Part shown: one piece after another, positions 58,871 through 64,000 of the stretch
Layout: every line of letters begins with the position of its first letter
How positions within the stretch are numbered: the first letter of the stretch is position 1
Assembly (NCBI RefSeq): GCF_016432865.1
Contig: NC_067399.1
Span: forward strand, 58,776,001-58,840,000
Origin: Antechinus flavipes
Taxonomy: Eukaryota
Length of the DNA stretch: 64,000 nucleotides
Reading direction: 5' to 3'
Translations under genes and position numbers: made by a program
The notes under the pieces: generated by a model
Told to the model about the DNA's origin: nothing
The model's input: only the letters and a program-made list of their open reading frames with translations
Databases searched by the model: none

Positions 58871-59764
58871 GCTAATAGCTACATGAACAAGTTGTGGTGG
58901 GAATGCAATGGAATACTACTGAGCTGTAAGAAATGATAAAGGGGCTGGTTTCAAAGAAAGATTGACAAGGTTTTTATGAACTAATGCGGAGTGAAGTGAG
59001 CAGAACCAGGAGAATAATTTATACAATAATGGCATTGTTGTAAAGATAGACAGCTTGGAAGGACTTGGAACTCTGATTAGACCAGCCACAGTTCCAGAGG
59101 ACTCATGATGAAACACGTTACCTACCTCCTGACTACAAGTGACAGCCCAAGAATACAGATTAAGACATATTTTTGGGACATGGCCAATGGGGAAATCTGT
59201 TTTGCTTGACTAGACATGTTTGTAACAGGGCTTTTATTTTTTCTTTCTCATTTGGGAGATTAGGGCAGAAGGGGAGGAGGAGTGAGGAGAAAAGACAGAT
59301 TCTCATTATTTGAAAAACTCAATTAAAAATAAAAATAATTGGCATTTATATTGCATTTTAAGATTTTCAAACTTGAATTTACCAACTTGTTCAATCCTCA
59401 CAACAACCTTGTAAAGTAAAGTAGGTGCTATTGTTACCCCCATTTTGCAGTAGAGACTGAAGTTTATTAGTTGTGTGTGAAAGAAGTGAATTGTGCAAGG
59501 CCTCATAGCTATTAAGTGTCCCATGCAGGATTTGCTTCAGATCTTCCAGATTCTGAGTCTAACACTTTATTCACTGTACCCTCTAGGTGAGTTTCTGACC
59601 ATTAGCAATCTGTAAGTGGTCACTATTTGACCATTTATCTGTGATGTTATATAGGAGGCTCCAGATTGCCCTGTATGATACATTAATTCTAGGTTAGATG
59701 TTCTTTTTTATGTGTATTTTCTCTTTTTATTACTACTGTATTTTTCCTGGTTATATATGTACAA

Positions 59765-60369
59765 TTTTTTAAACATACCCATTTCTTTATGAATTATGTT
59801 GGGAGAGAAAAATCAGAACAAAAGGGAAAAACCACAAGAGGAAAAAAAATAGAAGAAAAAGGGAAAAAAGTGAACATAGAATGTGTTGATTTAAATAAGT
59901 CTCTATAGTTCTCTTTCTGGATGCAGATGTGTTTTCTATCCAAAGTTTATTGGGATTTACTTGTATCACTAAAACACTGAGAAGAAACAAATCTTTCATA
60001 ATTGATCACTGCACAATCTTGCTGTTTCTGTGTCCAATGTATTCCTGGAATCCATTGTTTTGCTCAGCATCAGTTCATGTAAATCTTTCCAGGTCTTTCT
60101 AAAAACAATTTATTCATCATTTTTATAGAACAATAATATTCCATTACCTTCATATTCCATAACTTATACAACCATTTTTCAATTGATGGACATTCATTCA
60201 TTTTCCAATTCTTTACCCCCCACAAAAAGAGCTGCTACAAACATTTTGCACATGTAGGACCTTTTTATGGTTTTCTTGGGATACAATCTCAGTAATGGCA
60301 CTACTGGATCAAAGGATATACACAATTTCATAGCCATAGTTCCAAACTGCTCTCTAGAAAGGTTGGATG
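59765..60369 (-). mobile_element. Older L1 3' fragment (target of the younger L1)
   Basis: Reverse complement of L1 ORF2 end/3'UTR; cut abruptly at 60369. Confidence 0.8.
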
Positions 60370-63300
60370 AGGGGACTTCTGGCCAACATGGCGGAGAGGA
60401 GGCACACAGCTGCGTAAGCTCCGCATTTTCTCTCAGAATCCATTTTATGACAAACCTCTGAATTAATGCTTGACTGAATAAAAACCCACAAATAGTTACC
60501 AAGAGAAGACATCCTTGAAATTCGCCAGGAAAGGTCTGTTTCTGCTCGAGGGTGGGGACGGTTTTAGATCCGGCACAGGCTGAGGGCAGGCAGCAGCAGC
60601 GAAAGCCCTGCAGGCAGCTCACAGCCAAACAGACCTGAGTGGGGGTGGGGTGTGATCTCAGCCTTCTCTGCGGGAGAGCTTTGCTACAGGCTTGGATACT
60701 TTGCCCTGGCAGTAAGTGAGCAGACAAGCAGAGAAGCTAAAAACACCAGCGGTGAGGAATACAACCCTAAACAGCTGGAGTCTCTGGGGACCTGGCCACC
60801 CCTCCCCCACAGTGTCTTAGGCCGATCTCGGAGTCTCAGATCCAGGCGCAGCACAGTCCTGCTAGTGCCTTGCTGCTGCCCCTGCAGTCTGTAGAGGAAG
60901 CTCGGTAACACCACCCAGCCCCTCCCCCCAAAAAAGCAGACTCCATTTGGGTTTTTTCTTTTTTTTCTTTTTGCTAGTTTATCTCTGATTCTTCTCTGAC
61001 AAAATGAGCAAAAAATTGAAAAGAACCTTAACCCTTGACAGCTTCTATACAGATAGAGAGCAGACTCCAACCCCTGAGGAGACTAAAAACAGATTGTCTC
61101 CTCCCAGAGGATATCATCTGCTTCTCAGCACAGATGAATCTCATAGAAGAAATTAAAAAGGCTCTCACAAGAGAGCTGGAAGAAAAATGGGAAAAGGAGA
61201 GGGAGGCTTGGCAAGAGAGTCTGGAGTAGTCATCCCACTCATTTAAAGACCGAGTGGATAAAGAAATAAAATCTTTGAAAAATAGGATTAGTGAAGTGGA
61301 AATAGAAAATAGCTCTCTAAAAAATAAAATTGGTGAAATGAAAAAAAATTTCATAGAACAAAAGAACTCAATTGGACAATTAGAAAAAGATATTAAAAAA
61401 CTGAGTGAAGAAAATACTTCATTGAAAATCAGAATCGAACAAATGGAATTGAATGACTCAAGGAGACAACAAGAAACAGTCAAGCAAAACAAAACAAAAC
61501 AAAAAAATGAAACAATGGAAAAACATGCCAAATACCTTCTTGGGAAAACAACAGACTTGGAAAATAGATCTAGGAGAGACAATCTGAGAATATAAACTAT
61601 ATAAACTATTTGAAAAAATAGGGACTGAAGGAATCCTACCAAATTCCTTTTATGACACAGACATGGTACTGATACCTAAACCAGGTAGGTTGAAAACAGA
61701 GAAAGAAAATTATAGACCAATCTCCCTAATGAATATTGATGCTGAAATTTTAAATTAAATTTTAAATAAAATATTAGCAAAAAGATTACAGAAAATCAGC
61801 CCCAGGATAATACACTATAACCAAGTAGGATTTATACCAGGAATGCAGGGCTGGTTCAATATTAGGAAAACTATTAGCATAATTGATTATGTCGATAACC
61901 AAACTAACAAAAAACATACGATCATCTCAATAGATGCAGAAAAAGCATTTGCTAAAATCCAACATCCATTCCTAATAAAAACACTTGAGAGGATAGAAAT
62001 AAATGGACTTTTCCTTAAAATAGTCAGGATCATATATTTAAAACCTTCAGTAAGCATCATATGCAATGGGGAAAAACTAGAACCTTTCTCAGTAAGATCT
62101 GGAGTGAAGCAAAATTGCCCATTATCACCATTATTATTCAATACTGTATTAGAAACGCTAGCCTTGGCAATAAGAGTCAAGAAAGAAATTAAAGGAATTA
62201 GAGTAGGCAATGAGGAAACCAAACTATCACTCTTTGCAGATGATATGATGGTATACCTAGAGAACCCTAGAGATTCTACTAAAAAGCTATTAGAAATAAT
62301 TTATAACTTTAGCAAAATTGCAGGATACAAAAAAAAATCCCCATAAATCCTCAGCATTTTTATATATCACCAACAAAATCCAACAGCAAGAGATACAAAG
62401 AGAAATTCCATTCAAAATAACTGTCGACAGAATAAAATATTTAGGAATCTATCTACCAAAGGAAAGTCAGGAATAATATGAGCAAAATTATAAAAAACTT
62501 TCCACACAAATAAAGTCAGATTTAAATAATTGGAAAAATATTTAGTGCTCTTTGATAGGCCAAGCGAATATAATAAAGATGACAATACTCCCTAAACTAA
62601 TCTACTTATTTAGTGCTATACCAATCAGACTCCCAAGAAAATATTTTAATGATCTAGAAAATATAACAACAAAATTCATATGGAAGAACAAAAGGTTGAG
62701 AATCTCAAGGGAATTAATGGAAAAAAAAATCAAATGAAGTTAGCTTAGCTGTACCTGATCTAAAACTATATTTGAAAGCAGCAGTCACCAAAACCATTTG
62801 GTATTGGCTAAGAAATAGACTAGTTGATCAGTGGAATAGATTAGGTTCACAAGACAAAATAGACAACTATAACAATCTAGTGTTTGACAAACCCAAAGAT
62901 CCTAACTTTTGGGATAAGAATTCATTATTTGACAAAAACTGCTGGGATAACTGGAAATTAATATGGCAGAAATTAGGCATGGGCCCATACTTACCACCAT
63001 ATACCAAGATAACATCAAAATGGGTCCATGATTTAGGTATAAAGAATGAGATTATAAATAAATTAGAGGAACATAGGATAGTTTATCTCTCAGACTTGTG
63101 GAGAAGGAAGAAATTTATTAAAGATGAACTAGAGACCATTATTGATCACAAAATAGAATATTTTGATTATATCAAATTAAAAAACCTTTTTACAAACAAA
63201 ATTAATGCAAACAAGATTAGAAGGGAAGCAACAAACTGGGAAAACATCTTCGTAGTTAAAGGTTCTGATAAAGGACTCATTTCCAAAATATAGAGAGAAT

Positions 63301-64000
63301 TGACTCTAATTTTAAGAAATCAAGCCATTCTTCAATTGATAAACTGTCAAAGGATATGAACAGACAATTTTCAGATGATGGAATTGAAACTATTTCCACT
63401 CATATGAAAGAGTGTTTCAAATCATTATTGATCAGAGAAATGCAAATTAAGACAACTCTGAGACACCACTACACACCTGTCAAATTGGCTAAGATGACAG
63501 GAAAAAATAATGATGAATCTTGAAGGGGATGCAGAAAAACTGGGAAACTGATGCATTGTTGGTGGAGTTGTGAACGAATCCAACCATTCTGGAGAGCAAT
63601 CTGGAATTATGCCCAAAAAGCTATCAAACTGTGCATACCCTTTGATGCAGCAGTGTTTCTATTGGGCTTATACCCCAGAGAAATACTAAAGAAGGGAAAG
63701 GGACCTGTATGTGCCAAAATGTTTGTGGCAGCCCTGTTTGTAGTGGCTAGAAATTGGAAAATGAATGGATGCCCATCAATTGGAGAATGGTTGGGTAAAT
63801 TGTGGTATATGAATGTTATGGAATATTATTGTTCTGTAAGAAATGACCAGCAGGATGAATACAGAGAGACTTGGAGAGACTTACATGAACTGATGCTAAG
63901 TGAAATAAGCAGAACCAGGAGATCATTATATGCTTCAACAATGATACTGTATGAGGATGTATTCTGATGGAAGTGGATTTCTTTGACAAAGAGATCAATT
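60370..64000 (+). mobile_element. L1 with intact 5'UTR, disrupted ORF1, a large internal deletion and ORF2 RT/C-terminal remnants; runs off the window
   Basis: 5' end ggggacttctggccaacatggcggag; ORF1 ATG 61004 to ..RRDNLRI* at 61595; then ORF2 [47 protein letters not shown]; frameshifts and stops present. Confidence 0.95.

Noticed and set aside
17300-64000. MLYCD, the syntenic upstream neighbour of OSGIN1
   Set aside because: No ORF resembling its large last exon is present; it probably lies beyond the right edge

Overview
Vertebrate genomic DNA, most likely a dasyurid marsupial (Tasmanian-devil-like), judged from strong CpG depletion and marsupial-type SINE/LINE/LTR repeats. It is a draft assembly with five N-gaps, four of them abutting purine/pyrimidine simple repeats. 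The only protein-coding gene I can support is OSGIN1 on the minus strand. It has five coding exons (11306-11264, 9553-9417, 9045-8854, 8608-8517, 6208-5260), all with GT-AG boundaries and matching phases, giving 470 aa. A probable non-coding first exon lies in a CpG island at ~16.5-17.3 kb, and its promoter carries a perfect NRF2/sMAF ARE, GC boxes and a TATA-like element. The rest is intergenic and repeat-rich. It includes a TSD-flanked ferritin heavy chain (FTH1) retrocopy interrupted by an L1, an ORF1-only 'half-L1' element, hAT MITEs (one with a nested L1), two solo LTRs, several L1/L2/CR1/MIR/SINE fragments, minisatellites, and an internally deleted L1 running off the right edge. I found no convincing new gene or system. 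The most notable items are the OSGIN1 regulatory architecture and several retrotransposition/rearrangement histories that can be read from the sequence. Repeat family names are from recall of consensus sequences, not from a database search.
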